DNA of 64,000 nt, taken from positions 44,001 to 108,000 of the forward strand of contig NIVC01003268.1 in assembly GCA_002269645.1 (NCBI GenBank). Reading direction: 5' to 3'. A model generated the notes under the pieces. That model made no database searches and was not told where the DNA came from. It saw nothing but the letters and a program-made list of their open reading frames with translations. This DNA is from Macrostomum lignano (Eukaryota). The position numbers and the translations under genes were made by a program. This document shows, piece by piece, positions 1 through 13,559 of the stretch; within the stretch, counting starts at the first letter, position 1; each line of letters begins with the position of its first letter.

Positions 1-1790
1 TGTGCTGTCTGTTCTATCAGTATTGTGCTGTCTGTTCTATCAGTATTGTGCTGTCTGTTCTGTCAGTATTGTGCTGTCTGTTCTATCAGTATTGTGCTGT
101 CTTTTCTATCAGTATTGTGCTGTCTGTTCTATCAGTATTGTGCTGTCTGTTCTATCAGTATTGTGCTGTCTGTTCTGTCAGTATTGTGCTGTCTGTTCTA
201 TTAGTATTGTGCTGTCTGTTCTGTCAGTATTGTGCTGTCCGTTCTATCAGTATTGTGCTGTCTGTTCTGTCAGTATTGTGCTGTCTGTTCTATTAGTATT
301 GTGCTGTGTGTTGTATCAGTATTAAGCTGTCTGTTTTATCAGTATTGTGCAGTCTGTTATATCAGTATTGAGCTGTCTGTTCAATCAGTATCATGCTGTC
401 TGTTCTATCAGTATTGTGCTGTCTGTTCTATCAGTATTGTGCTGTCTGTTCTATCGGTATTGTGCTGTCTGTTCTATCAGTATCGTGCTGTCTGTTCTAT
501 CATTATTGTGCTGTCTGTTCTATCAGTATTGTGCTGTCTGTTCTATCCGTATTGTGCTGTCTGTTCTATCAGTATTGTGCTGTCTGTTCTATCAGTATTG
601 TGCTGTCTGTTCTATCAGTATTGTGCTGTCTGTTCTATCAGTATTGTGCTGTCTGTTCTATCAGTATTGTGCTGTCTGTTCTATCAGTATTGTGCTGTCT
701 GTTCTATCGGTATTGTGCTGTCCGTTCTATCAGTATTGTGCTGTCTGTTCTATCAGTATTGTGCTGTCTGTTCTATCCGTATTGTGCTGTCTGTTCTATC
801 AGTATTGTGCTGTCTGTTCTATCAGTATTGTGCTGTCTGTTCTATCAGTATTGTGCTGTCTGTTCTATCAGTATTGTGCTGTCTGTTCTATCAGTCTTGT
901 GCTGTCTGCTGTATCAGAACTGTGCTGTCTGTTCTATCAGTATTGTGCTGTCTGTTCTATCAGTATTGTGCTGTCTGTTCTATCAGTATTGTGCTGTCTG
1001 TTCTGTCAGTATTGTGCTGTCCGTTCTATCAGTATTGTGCTGTCTGTTCTATCAGTATTGTGCTGTCTGTTCTATTAGTATTGTGCTGTGTGTTGTATCA
1101 GTATTAAGCTGTCTGTTTTATCAGTATTGTGCGGTCTGTTCTATCAGTATTGTGCTGTCTGTTCTATCAGTATTGTGCTGTCTGTTCTATCAGTATTGTG
1201 CTGTCTGTTCTATCAGTATTGTGCTGTCTGTTCTATCAGTATTGTGCTGTGTGTTCTATCAGTATTGTGCTGTCTGCTGTATCAGAACTGTGCTGTCTGT
1301 TCTATCAGTATTGTGCTGTCTGTTCTATCAGTATCGTGCTGTCTGTTCTATCAGTATTGTGCTGTCTGTTCTGTCAGTATTGTGCTGTCCGTTCTATCAG
1401 TATTGTGCTGTCTGTTCTGTCAGTATTGTGCTGTCTGTTCTATTAGTATTGTGCTGTGTGTTGTATCAGTATTAAGCTGTCTGTTTTATCAGTATTGTGC
1501 TGTCTTTTCTATCAGTATTGTGCTGTCTGTTCTATCAGTATTGTGCTGTCTGTTCTATCGGTATTGTGCTGTCTGTTCTATCAGTATTGTGCTGTCTGTT
1601 CTATCAGTATTGTGTTGTCTGTTCTATCAGTATTGTGCTGTCTGTTCTATCAGTATTGTGCTGTCTGTTCTATCAGTATTGTGCTGTCTGCTGTATCAGA
1701 ACTGTGCTGTCTGTTCTATCAGTATTGTGCTGTCTGTTTTATCAGTATTGTGCTGTCTGTTCTATCAGTATTGTGCTGTCTGCTGTATTA
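1..1790. repeat. 23-bp minisatellite array (TGTGCTGTCTGTTCTATCAGTAT)n, array 1
   Basis: Unit read directly from sequence; the long LSVLSVLCCLFYQYCAVC ORFs are translation artefacts of this repeat. Confidence 0.98.
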
Positions 1791-1860
1791 GTAGTTATGG
1801 TAAACAAGCCGGCAGCCGATAGACTGCGAGGCGAGAAACGAATGTGCCAAGCGCACTGTC

Positions 1861-4735
1861 TTAATTGTAAGCGAGCAACAATAGCAGCAACCCGAACTCC
1901 AGAGTTAAAACACACACAACGTACACTGAAGTTACATGCATGCACGGAGGTAAAATGACAAACGCAACTGCATGGAATAAAAGCTCAAATACGAGTACGA
2001 ATAGAAGCTCGTGTGGCTCCCGCCGGCCGCTGGTCAGGGGCGCCGCCATTGGCTCCAGATCAGGAAGTTGCTCGACCATGGCGCTAGGAAGCTGCTCGGG
2101 CAACTCCTCCTCAGGTTCGGCCCCCTCAAGCGACCCAGGCGCACTCGGCCGGCCAGTCCACTGATTCGAGTGCGCAAGCCGCAGGCCGCCCTCCGATTGG
2201 TCCGCAGGGGCTGCCAGCGTTGTGTTCTGGTCGTGCTGCACCACGAACTTGGCCGAAACCGGAGAGGATCCCAGACGCATCCTCAGCCAGATTGGGTCAC
2301 CCACCTGCTCAGTCATGGTTACCGGTTGGCGAAGGCGATGACCGCACATCAGAATGTCCGGAGATGCCGCTCGATTTCCACTGGGCCGGCTGGTCCTGAT
2401 CGTCAGCAGCAGTTTCTGCAGGAAGTGGTCGAACGGCACCATTTTTGTCCACGCCTTGAATCCATCCTTGATGATCCTCACTAGCGTTGCTGCCTGACCG
2501 TTCGAGGCCGGATAGAACGGCGGAGTGTCCAGCTCCTGGCACCCGATGATGCGCAGCCACTGGGTCATTTTTTCCGACTTGAACTCCGGCGCATTGTCCG
2601 ACACCAGCGTCCGAGGCACTCCGTTCCTGGCGAACACCGCTCTCAAAACCCGCAGGACACTGTCCGCAGTTCGGTCTGGCACCTGGATCGCCTCAGGCTA
2701 CCCCGAGTAGGAGTCCGACAGCGGCAGCAGCAGGCCGACACCAGAAATCTCACAATGGTCCATGTGAACCCGGGACCACGGCTCACTCTCGGCTGGCCAG
2801 ATGTCGATTCTCCGCTGCAGGACTGGCCGAGTTTCTGAGCACTGCTGGCAGCGCTACACAAAGCTGCGTACTTCGCGATCGAGACCCGGCCACCAGAACT
2901 CCTTGGAGATGTGCGCCTTGGTGTTGTCGGCGCTCGGATGCACTTCGTCGTGCGCCACCTCCAGGATGCGCCTGCGGAGAACAGGGGCAGCACAATTCTG
3001 GTTCCGTGGATCACCAGACAGCGCCTCCCGGCACGCTTTGTACGGCCTCTCCACCTGCGACACCTTGTCCCACCGGCCAGTTCTGATCCTCTGCTGCAGC
3101 CGCTTCATCAACGCGCACATCCTGGTTCCCTCACGAAGATCCTGCAGAGTCACAAGAGCTCCTTCTGACACGACCTCTTCATGCTCTAGCTGGTGCACGG
3201 CGTCACTTGTAGGGTCTTGGGCAGCAAAACTCAGGTGAGACAGGGCATCTGCATCTACCATCAGTCTTCCCGGCACATACTCCACCTCGTAGTCAAAAGC
3301 AGATAGCCGCGGGGCCCAGCGAGTTAGTCTTGCCGACACTGTTATAGGGAGATGATTTTTGCTGGGATTTAAGATGTACTTCAGTGGCTCGTGGTCAGTC
3401 TGGAGCGTGAACCTCTTTCCCAGAAGCATCTTGGGGGCTCGCTCGACCGCCCAGACAATGGCCAGCGCCTCCCTCTCAATGTTGGAGTAGTTGGCCTTAG
3501 ACTTGGTCAGCGCCCGAGAGAGGTACATGACTGGGTGACCTGACTGCACCAGCACAGCGCCCAGAGACTGCTCGCTAGCATCTACTTGCAGACACACCGG
3601 CGAGTTGACATCAAATGGTTTCACACACGGATTCGAGCTCAGGCTCTGCTTCACATTGGTGAACGCCGCCTCGGCAGCCGCACTCCAGTCAAACACGCGG
3701 TCCGCTCGACAAAGTTCCTGCAGAGGCCGACACTTCTCAGCAAAGTTGGGAACCAATCGACAATAGAACTGCGCCAAATCCAGAAACCGCTCGAGATCCT
3801 TCTTGCTTTTCGGAGCCTCCACATCCTGAATCTTCTGCACCATTCCCGGATCCGGCTTGATCCCCTCTTCATCGATGATGTGGCCCAGGAACTTCAGGCT
3901 ACTGGCCTCCATAATGCACTTCGCTTCGTTGATTTTAATATTGTCCACAGCTTGTCCAGCACCTTCTCCCTGATAGTCTGCAGCTCCGCCTTTGACACCG
4001 CTCCCATGAGCACATCGTCCTGGTACACGATGACACTTGGGTGCTCACCCAGCAGCTTCTCCATCTCGCGCTGGAACACAGACGGAGAAACCTTAATGCC
4101 GTACGACAGCCTGTTGAAGCGGTAACAGTCGAAAGGGGTTTTGATCGTAGTGATGTCCTTCGACTGTTCTCCAGTGGCACCTGGTAGTAGGCGTCGGACA
4201 GAAGAACTTCTTGTTTGCCATCTTTGAGAAGGCTGTCTCGATGGACGGAGTCAAGTACGTCTGGTCCTGCACCCACTGATTGACGGCAGTGTAACCTCCG
4301 CAGATCCTCACGGACATCTTGTCGGACTTAACCGTCACCACTATGGGGCTGCCCCACTCTAAGGACGTCAGGTTCTCAACTATGCATGCCTTCTCCATCA
4401 GGTCCATCTCCTTCTTCACCAGTGGACGCAGCGCCAGCGGCAGCTCTCTGGCTGTTTGGAAAATCGGCCGGCTCCTGCCTTCAACAGAGTCTCACCAACT
4501 GCTCCATTGATGCCCAGCAAGCTCTCGTATATGTTGTTGCTGAGTGGCTTGGCCTCATCCGAATGGTGAGCAGGCAGCGAGCAAAGCAGATCTCAGCTGA
4601 GTAACCCAAGTTCTGCTGGCCTTCGATGACGGGCAGCTCCGCCGCAACGAAGCGGCCATCAGGGCCGCCAGTCTTCACCAGGCACTCCAGCATGCCGAGC
4701 TGCTTCATCGCATGCCCGTCGTACGCAAGCGTCAG
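1861..4735 (-). mobile_element. Degenerate Ty3/Gypsy LTR-retrotransposon pol (partial protease, RT, RNase H, integrase)
   Basis: RT YQDD motif (3894-4079); RNase H LQVDAS...YSNIEREALAIVWA...LQTDH (2854-3948); integrase LVSDNAPEF...PASNGQ (1861-2682). Order RT-RH-INT; several frameshifts. Confidence 0.93.
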
Positions 4736-4739
4736 GGAC

Positions 4740-5005
4740 TTTAGTTAAGCTTAGTTTAGTTTAGTTTAGTTTAGTTTAGCTTAGTTTAGCTTAGCTTAGT
4801 TTAGTTTAGTTTAGTTTAGTTTAGTTTAGTTTAGTTTAGTTTAGTTTAGTTTAGTTTAGTTTAGTTTAGTTTAGTTTAGTTTAGTTTAGTTTAGTTTAGT
4901 TTAGTTTAGTTTAGTTTAGTTTAGTTTAGTTTGTTTAGTTTAGTTTAGTTTAGTTTAGTTTAGTTTAGTTTAGTTTAGTTTAGTTTAGTTTAGTTTAGTT
5001 TAGTT
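4740..5005. repeat. (GTTTA)n pentamer microsatellite
   Basis: Direct reading; truncates the Gypsy relic in the protease region. Confidence 0.97.
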
Positions 5006-6365
5006 CAGTTTCGAAAATGAATAATAGGAGGATTGAGGAAGTGGCGACTAAAAGTAGTATGTTTAGAAAGTTGAGAGATAATATTAACTTGGAAATACTT
5101 CCGCTGCGATATGATAATAGAAGCTGAGAAATTTTTTTCACTCAAAATGATTGATTGGTGGATTTCCAGTAAGATTTGCCAAACCATTTTTTGCCCATCG
5201 AACGATCAGTACTAAGAGGGAAGTCACTCCTACCCACTCCAGAAAACTTACTTGGCTGCGCCATTCCGGAGCAACGCAGAAACAGGAACTTCAACAGCAT
5301 GAACAAAAAATTTGTTGCACACATTCTCAAACAAGAATCAAGTCGTCAGCTCTCTTGAAGGTCGAGTTATTCAACGATTCTGCCCGTAGGTGGAAATTTC
5401 GCGTAAGCGCTAATAAACTTACACCTTTCCACCTACGCCTTTCCACCAATCAGCTCTTTAGTAACAGTGAGTTCAATGATGTTGTGCAATTATTGCAATA
5501 CTTTAATACAAAAATATAAGCCTATGCTTGTTTTAGGCCTTCATTTTTACGGAAGGAAATTTAAAGTGGTTTATAAATGAAAATTATGTAATGAAAAATC
5601 TCTATCGGGTGTCCAGACGATCGCAGTTGCCTTGTTGCCATACCTTCAAGAGGCCGACGGCGTCACCCTGATGATGGATTGATTGAGAGTCTGGCTAAGC
5701 AGGTCCAGTCGTTGAGGTTATCTCATCATTGATACTCCCACTCAGAGCGCACAGAGGTGTATAAAAAGGCCCATAAGAAAAATCCAAAAAATTATCCGGC
5801 AGAGAGTGAATCTCACCTTAGAATTTCCACATCTAAAGCTACCAGGCTATCGCAAGAAACCAGTATTGTGTAGACTTTTTTTCAAAAAAAACATACACAA
5901 CATCGCACTACGTATGCTGCTGATTGAACCAATCTAAAAGCACCAACTTGGACACAGTTCGCATTGCAGACTGCAACAACAAAGCACCAGAACTTCCGAA
6001 AGGTCATCAGCACAAACAGAAAATAACGCAGCAAGGCAGGTAAAATTGATGCGCTGCATGGCGCAAAGGTTTCGAGTGACGCATGCAGTACCTCGGGATT
6101 CCAGACACTGTCTGGCAGAGAAAAAAGTGCATTTAGTCACGGGATTCTGGCCAACCGAATCCCCAGCTGAGGCAGACAGCCTGATGCAAATGGCAAACCG
6201 CGTGACGCATCTGGAATGCGAAGTGCAGCCTGCAGTCACGTGAAATTTATGCCATGGGCAGGGAATACTTCTTCTCGTAATGCGGCCATTTTATGCAGGA
6301 TGCAGCTTACCGACAGATTCCTTCCTCAGATTACCGACGCAACAACGAAAGGGGAACTTGACTCG

Positions 6366-9300
6366 ATGCAGCTCTTTCAGTTGCGAGTTTCTGCAGCGTT
6401 GGCTCTGCTGTTCTGCTTCTTCTTCTTCTTCTTCTTCGGGCGTGCTCGGGCCAGGGCCCATGGCACCGGGCGTCAGATGGCGCCCGCCTTCCCGAGGAAG
6501 TTCAACACCGCGACGCAGTTCTCGAAAACTGCCGCGGGCTCCGGGCTTGGCCCCCAGAGGCGGCAGCGGTGAGATGTCAGGGCGGGGCAGGAGATCAGCA
6601 GATGGGCCGCCGTCTCCTCTCCATCGCCACAGAAGCGGCAGGTGGGGGCCACGTCATCGCCGATGGCGGCCTGGAAGCCCCGCAGAGCCGGGCAGCGGTC
6701 GGCGCGCAGCTGGCAGATCAGCCGCTCCTGCCGCCGCGTGGGGTCGCTCGTCGGCGGAGGCGGCAGGCGGCCCGCCGTGCAGGCAAGGTGCCAGGCAAGC
6801 GAGCTCGTGCTCACCGCCTCGGTGGCCGCCGCGTTGTAGATCTGGTGCCAGCGGGCGAGGCAGTGGCGGCGGACGGCAGCCTGCGCGGCAGCTAGCGGGA
6901 CGGGCGCGGTGCCTTGCGCCAGCGTGGTGCCTTGCTTGGCGATCGCGTCCACGGCCTCGTTGCCTGGGATTCCCGCGTGGCCAGGCACCCAGTGCAGGTG
7001 GACCGAGGTTCCCCGGGCCGCGAGGTCGGCGAGGCTGGCCCAGACGGCGTCGATCATGGTGGCACCCGTCGACCCGGGGGCGCTCAGGGAGTCGGAGCAG
7101 ATGCGGACCGGCGACAGCTCTGCCGGGTCCGGGGCCGCGAGCACCCACCGAAGGGCCTCAGCGATGGCCACTAACTCGGCGTGGAAGCTGGACGTCACAT
7201 GGCCAGCAGCGACGCACAGCGTCGTGTTGGGCTCGACCAGGACGCCACTGCCGCCGTCCAGGATGCCGTCCTTCGCCGCTCCGTCGGTCCAGATCACGGT
7301 GCTGGCGGGCGGCAGGGCGGCAAGCGTCTGCTGCGCCGCGGCTCTCCGGGCCTCCGGCAGGTCCCCCCGCGAGGTCGGGGAGGCCAACTGCAGCCCGAGG
7401 GTGACGGAGTCCAGAACAGCCCAGGGAGGTGTCGTCGGGACAGCGTGGACGGGCTCTCGCGGGAAGCCGCTCAGGCCCGCAGCTCTGCATACACTGGCCG
7501 CCGTCTCGCGCCAGCCGCGGGCGCTTTGGAGGCGGCGGCGCGGGCCGACGCTGGCCGCGCCGGCGCGCAGCGGGTTGTCATGCGGCAGCCTGAGGGCGCG
7601 CTCATGGAGGAGGCCAGCGTGCATCTCCTCGCGGACTGCCATCGGCGGCAATCCGGCCTCGCGCTCCAGCACCTCCGACCTGGTGTTCCAGGTGGTCGCT
7701 GCTGTTCTGCTCGCTGGCAGCCGGCCAGGTCTCCCAGTGCGCTCCCGCTGACTCTCCGCGGCCCCGCTTCGTGGCGCAGCTCAGCGTGAACGGCTGCGCG
7801 CTGTTCGTACACGACACGGGAGCGAGCGACGGTCCGCACTCGGCAGTCGAGCCGCTCATGTGCGTGACGGACAGCCTGAGAGGCATTGTTCCCCGATTCG
7901 ACTTCATCACCCAGCAGCTGTACTCCAGCGTTCCTGTATTGATGAGGGATGCTGGGATGCTCGCAGAGGCTCAGCGTCAACTGCGGCATCTGTCACCGAG
8001 GTCTGTGAGCTTCGCCACGGTGACCAACATCAGCGTCTCAGCCGACACCCGCTCATCGGTTCGGGTTTTGAGCTTCCTGTGGACTCCGGATGAGCCAGTA
8101 GCCACTATGAGATTCGGATTTGGAGAGAAGATCCGATATGAAGTTCTACATCTCCGAGAAAACATCATTCTAAGACTTCTGAATATCGATCCAATGAGAA
8201 CCTTACTAATTCAAAGTACCCAGACGCGGATCGTCGAGAAAAATAATGAAAGTTCAATAATCGAGACTCTAAAAAATGTAAAACTCTCAGCTACTCTTCT
8301 GTTGAGTTTCTGTTTCCATGAGGGTCAGAGCCGCATCATGCTGCAAAACGACAGCTTCATTGAAGTCGGCTTGTGCAGGAAAAAATTCTTACCCGTGTGC
8401 CGACAGCTGCGGTTCAGTCGGTACGTCAAACTTGAGAACTGCTCTGTCCGAGTGCACGAGACGCTCGACACGATGGGCCACTTCCTCATCGAGCCTCTGC
8501 TGTGCCACAACATCTCCAGCTTGAGCAGCGAGTCAGTCAGGTATGACTACAGCCGAGACATGCACTACCTTAAGCTGGATCTGGTGCTGCAAGATGAGGC
8601 CACACGCGATGCTGTGAGGACTCAGTTGGCCGACTTGTCGCCTCGCTCGGTCGACTTCATGCGGCTGTGGACTGCTGAGAGATCGGTGAGCTCTTCGTTG
8701 AGTGCTCGGTTCGAGGTCGGTCCGCTGATGGCGGCGGCAGACTGGAGGTCCGCTCAGCTGCGGCTGCTCTTCTCTCCTATCTCTCCTCCTTTCTCTCTAT
8801 TCTTCCATCTCTAATCTGTTCACTCTCGTCTCTGCTCTGCACTCTTTTCTTTCCCCACTTTTGACTGCTAATTTTCCTTTCTTCTCTTTTATTCTCTTCC
8901 CTCTTCTATACTCTCTCTCTAAAAAGCAGCCTAACTTTAAAAGCGCACATCGCTGTTCAGGATTAACCTTTGAACTTGAAATTTCACACGATTGTGTTAC
9001 AGATTATTGTCTGTGTCAAACTTAAAGAGGATTAATAAAAGTAGAGCGGCGCTAAGGAGGATTTAGTGAAAAATCCTGCTTTTCTAGCAGTTTTTTGCTT
9101 TTTTGAGTAGAAAGACTTAGACTTAGGAAATTTTAAGGTAAGCCTAAGACATTCTCCGTAGTGAGTTCAGGGTGGGTGCAAAAATTGGTTTGATTTGCTT
9201 GAGCGGTTTGGGAGTCCATAGCGATCAAAATTGTACACAGACAGACACACAGACAGACACAGACAGAGTTTTGATTTTTATAGGTGTAGATAGAAGATTT

Positions 9301-12250
9301 TGCGGCTGCTAGGTGTCAAGCTGTACATTTTCAAATGTTTCGGCAGGTAAGCGAACAGATATTAAGACCTGCTAACTTAGGAATCAGAATTCAGAACTGA
9401 TACAGTTGCATAGTGGCTCCAAGGCGCTGTTTATAGATACCAAATTTGAGTCTCCAGTTGAGTTATTGGTACAGCGGTACTCAAATATTGCCTAAGAATA
9501 GCCTTTTGAAATTCAGAAGCAATCTTCTCAAAAATACGCATTTCTAGCTGTCGTATCGAAAGATTTATGGAGTTCACTCGCTGTTTTATTTTTATCGATT
9601 GACTGACAATACTTCATTGAAACGTGTGCGTTCTTTTAAGTTTAAGCTGCCGGACGGTCAGCTGAGCTGACCATGGACCAACAGCCTTTTCTGGTGGTAA
9701 TTTTTTGTAGTCAATGGTAAAAGAAAAATGATGTAGACGTTCCTGCCGAGCATGGTCAGCAGCACTGAACATTTACGAAAAATGGGTGAAAAACTTATCT
9801 GCAATGGAATGCAGCGACTCGGTTTCAGCATTCTCAGTGATGACATCATCAGTCTCAGAATCGGATGTATGCAAGATTTCTATGGTTGTAGCTGATTCAC
9901 TTATCAATAAAATGATGCACTACTCGTATTAAACCCCGAAAATGCGGTGGCCTGCTCTGCAGGCCATAGCTAATGGTCTATGGCTTGCGAATCATTTGAA
10001 TGCTGTTTCGAAAATAAGTCTGCATAACCGTAGCTTGCGGCTTTGGCCTGCTCAGCAGGACATGCCTATTTTTTATACAGAAAACATTTGTGAATCACAG
10101 TCAACGAGTCTTTCTATCGAGCATTAAGATTCCAGCAATAGTCTATAACTAGCCCAGCTGACCATTTCGGCAGGAACGGAGCTTTTGTATTTCTAGCTCC
10201 GGCGCAAATAGGTTTTAAACACTGCCTTTGTCTTTGACGCATTTTAGCTAAAACCGTTTGTAAATCGATCATGCCATTTAAAAATGGCAACGTTTAAAAG
10301 TAGACAAAGTTGACTTGTAATGTGTCAATCTGTTGCACATCTTATCAAGGACAATTTCTTTTCAGAAAGACATGGCATTTCTGGCTCAATCGTCAAACAA
10401 ATAGTATTTTGCGTACATATGAAGTGAGATTTTGAATTCATTCGAAAGACGTATTTTAAATGCGTGCTCATTTGTATTTTTGTTCTTGTCATTCCTTCGT
10501 AGCCCTGTGCCGTTTAAACAAGTAATTGACGACTTCCAGGACTGCTGTGCTGGCGGAGCCCGCTGACCTGTGGCGACACGTGCAGTGGCGGGTGACATCG
10601 CTGGTTGCTGGGCAGTGCCTCTCCAAGTCCAGCCAAATCACTTCATCATGGAGAATGACACCGCCTGTAAGCGACAGCTGCTACAGTCTGAAGTCCTGCG
10701 CCAGGCTGCAATGCGCCTCTGCTCAACGCACAGCGAACTCTTCCAGTGCGGTTCAACTGCAGCCAGACGGTCGCTGCTTCGTGAAGTTTCAGCAGCGACT
10801 TACTGGCAGAGTGAGTTTTCAGCGAAACTGGACTGAGTACGAGACTGGGTTCGGTGACGGCACTGACTTCTGGATCGGTGAGTGGCTTGTCAATTGATGT
10901 GCGTCAGGAACTGAAGCAGGTCTTATCAACTGCCATAGGAGTGTCATTTAGGCCGTACAATCAATAACGTTCGTTGGTTGGTGGCTGTGGAAATTTTACG
11001 CTCGTAGTTCTTCGGACCGCCCTGCAGCTAAGTGGAAATTTTAGCAAAACTTTTTTTCCTACATCTTTTCCAGCTTTTCGAAACTTGTATGTCTTTATCT
11101 TAAAAATCTGTATTTATATCCTAAGTAAGTAAGTATTCCTCTGTAGGCTCTGCGCTGAATTGGATGTCATGTTACAAACAAGTAATTATTCGTACGACGC
11201 TCGAATCCAACAAACAACAGCAACAACAAAGTACGCTGCCCAGCATGCAAGTCACAGTTAGAGCAGGGCGTGTCAGATGGCGCGTCCCAGATCTTGAGAG
11301 CAGACAAAGTTCGCCCCGTTGGCAGTGTCGAGCTCCCTGGCGTGGCATAGCATGCATTAAATTATTAAGCTGAATAAATGAAAATGTAAAATATAATCAA
11401 ATGCCTTAAAAATTTTAATTAACTGTTAAATAAACCATTCAATTAATTATCTAGAGGCACATTGATATAAAAGATCCAGCAAAGTTGCAAGTAAAAATGA
11501 TTCAAGTTTTTGTGCGACTCAACTTTAAATTTCTAACCCCACTGTCCCAATGCAAATTCTAGCCAAGCTTAAAATCAAAATATGAGGAGATAGGGCAGTC
11601 TGAGTGGAGAAGAGCAGATAAAAGGCCGTACAGCTGAAACATTGCCAGCTTCCAAGTGAGCTGCATCAATAGAATTCATTGGCGCCTCAATCCAGACTGC
11701 CTGGGCAAGTCAGGCCTAAAATTATGGAAAATATATTTTCATCAATTTTGAGTCACGACTCACCTGACAGCAGCGGCGACAAGCCGAGCAGAAGTGACTC
11801 AGACTCAGCCACTCTCCTCCCGCAGGCCTCTCCGCCATCCACTCGCTCAGCCAGGGCGGCGCCACCCTCAGAGTGGAGATGAAGCAGTGGAACGGCTCTG
11901 AGCTGCATGCGGAGTACGCGGGATTCCAGGTGGGAGACGCCAGCACTGGGTATCGGATGACGTACCGAGAGATGCTGAGGGACAGGTCCAGTGTCAGCTG
12001 GGATGCTTTGCAGCTCAGCAAAGGCATGCGGTTCTCCACGATGGACAGGGACAATGACGTATGGGATGCTCAGTCATGCTCAAACACACTCGGAAATGCA
12101 GGCTGGTGGTTTCATTACTGCCGCCACTTCAACCCTAATGGATTTTATCCTTCGCAAGAAAGGATAGATATAATTGGCAATATGGTGTGGTACATTTCTT
12201 ATAGTAAGAAACTGTCTCTTCGTGAAGTGCGGCTGATGCTACAGATTTGA
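6366..12250 (+). pseudogene. Secreted fibrinogen-related (FReD) gene, copy 1: exon 1 6366-~8770 (interrupted by LINE), exon 2 10540-10877, exon 3 11826-12250
   Basis: Signal peptide MQLFQLRVSAALALL.. is split by the LINE. Exon 2 encodes FQQRLTGRVSFQRNWTEYETGFGDGTDFWIG. Exon 3 encodes FSTMDRDND..C..GWWF..C..FNPNG. The exon 1 donor is replaced by CT-rich sequence at ~8770. Confidence 0.88.
6418..7698 (-). mobile_element. 5'-truncated RNase H-bearing non-LTR retrotransposon (I-group-like LINE)
   Basis: ORF 6473-7672 has RNase H (WTDG..AELVAI..SDS..HWVPGHAGIPGNEAVD) and a C-terminal CRFC..ETAAHLLISCP knuckle. There is a (GAA)n tail at 6418-6437 and a 13-bp TSD CTGCTGTTCTGCT at 6405-6417 and 7699-7711. 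Confidence 0.93.
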
Positions 12251-12734
12251 GCATAAGAATTGAGCGACTTGTCGATGTACCCTGTTTATTCAAGTAATTT
12301 TTTATCGGACTTATGCTAAAAATTCTAAAATATTTTGTAGGAGAATAACAAGCATGTTCCTGCAAAATATTAACCGCAAAATACCGATTTTTAAAGTCTC
12401 TTTGATGCAAGAGTTTTACTGAATGAAAACACTCGACAGCTTAAAAACTAAAAACAATATTTTTGCTTGTTTAAACTTAATAAACTCATTTTTATATACT
12501 TAGACTTTTTTCAACAATATGCTAAAAGACAAACCATCCTAACGCAACGCATCTGTGCAACTCAAATACAGAGTTGTTGTTCGCCACTTTTCCTTCACAT
12601 TTTTTGCATTCGAATTTCCTACAAATTGCAAGCTGAAAGCCTCAAGTTTGTTGCTACGAGCGTATGAAGCTTTTCTGAAGTCTTGCTTTTCTGATACTGA
12701 CTGATAATCCCCTATAGATGCCTGTGATTTGAGC

Positions 12735-12995
12735 GCATTTTAAATGGATTTATACACAAGCACATGTGATGAACGGGAGGGAGGAGACTTCAGGTTAGTT
12801 GCCTCACCTGGGTTCGTGTACTGAACCTTTAGCGCTACGGTCCTCCAACCTACTAGCGTACGAAGCAAAAGTCGGTTGAGATCTCGGAACGGCCCAGGCT
12901 CGGCTCGGTCGTCGGCACGGCTCGGTCGTCGGCTCGGCTTCAAGACGAAGATCGCCACTACATTTATACGCGCAGTCTCAAAGCGTTGACCGGGG
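12735..12995 (-). mobile_element. Possible LTR fragment preceding array 2
   Basis: 260-bp segment absent from the equivalent junction at ~30160; TATAAAT-like motifs on the minus strand; lies 3' of the minus-strand Gypsy relic. Confidence 0.35.
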
Positions 12996-13002
12996 AGGGG
13001 CG

Positions 13003-13540
13003 TTGCTGTCTGTTCTATTAGTATTGTGCAGTCTGTTCTATCAGTATTGTGCTGTCTGTTCTATCAGTATTGTGCTGTCTGTTCTATCAGTATTATGCTG
13101 TCTGTTCTATCAGTATTGTGCTGTCTGTTCTATCAGTATTGTGCTGTCTGTTCTATCAGTATTGTGCTGTCTGTTCTATCAGTATTGTGCTGTCTGTTCT
13201 ATCAGTATTGTGCTGTCTGTTCTATCAGTATTGTGCTGTCTGTTCTATCAGTATTGTGCTGTCTGTTCTATCAGTATTGTGCTGTCTGTTCTATCAGTAT
13301 TGTGCTGTCTGTTCTATCAGTATTGTGCTGTCTGTTCTATTAGTATTGTGCTGTCTGTTCTATCAGTATTGTGCTGTCTGTTCTATCAGTATTGTGCTGT
13401 CTGTTCTATCAGTATTGTGCTGTCTGTTCTATCAGTATCGTGCTGTCTGTTCTATCAGTATTGTGCTTTCTGTTCTATTAGTATTGTGCTGTTTGTTCTA
13501 TCAGTATTGTGCTGTCTGTTCTATCAGTATTGTGCTGTTT
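13003..13540. repeat. 23-bp minisatellite array 2 (same unit as array 1)
   Basis: Direct reading. Confidence 0.98.
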
Positions 13541-13559
13541 TTCAGGTTTTTTCAGAGTT

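Noticed and set aside
1-1822. Long Cys/Leu/Val-rich ORFs (also 13003-13633, 30226-31104)
   Set aside because: All frames give the same periodic peptide; they are translations of the 23-bp repeat.
8920-9300. Helitron/Helentron-type non-autonomous end (CAGACAGACACA..TAGATAG); similar hints at 39960-40650 and TACATGTA motifs at 51490-51730
   Set aside because: Only a general resemblance; no hairpin, termini or second copy could be established by eye.
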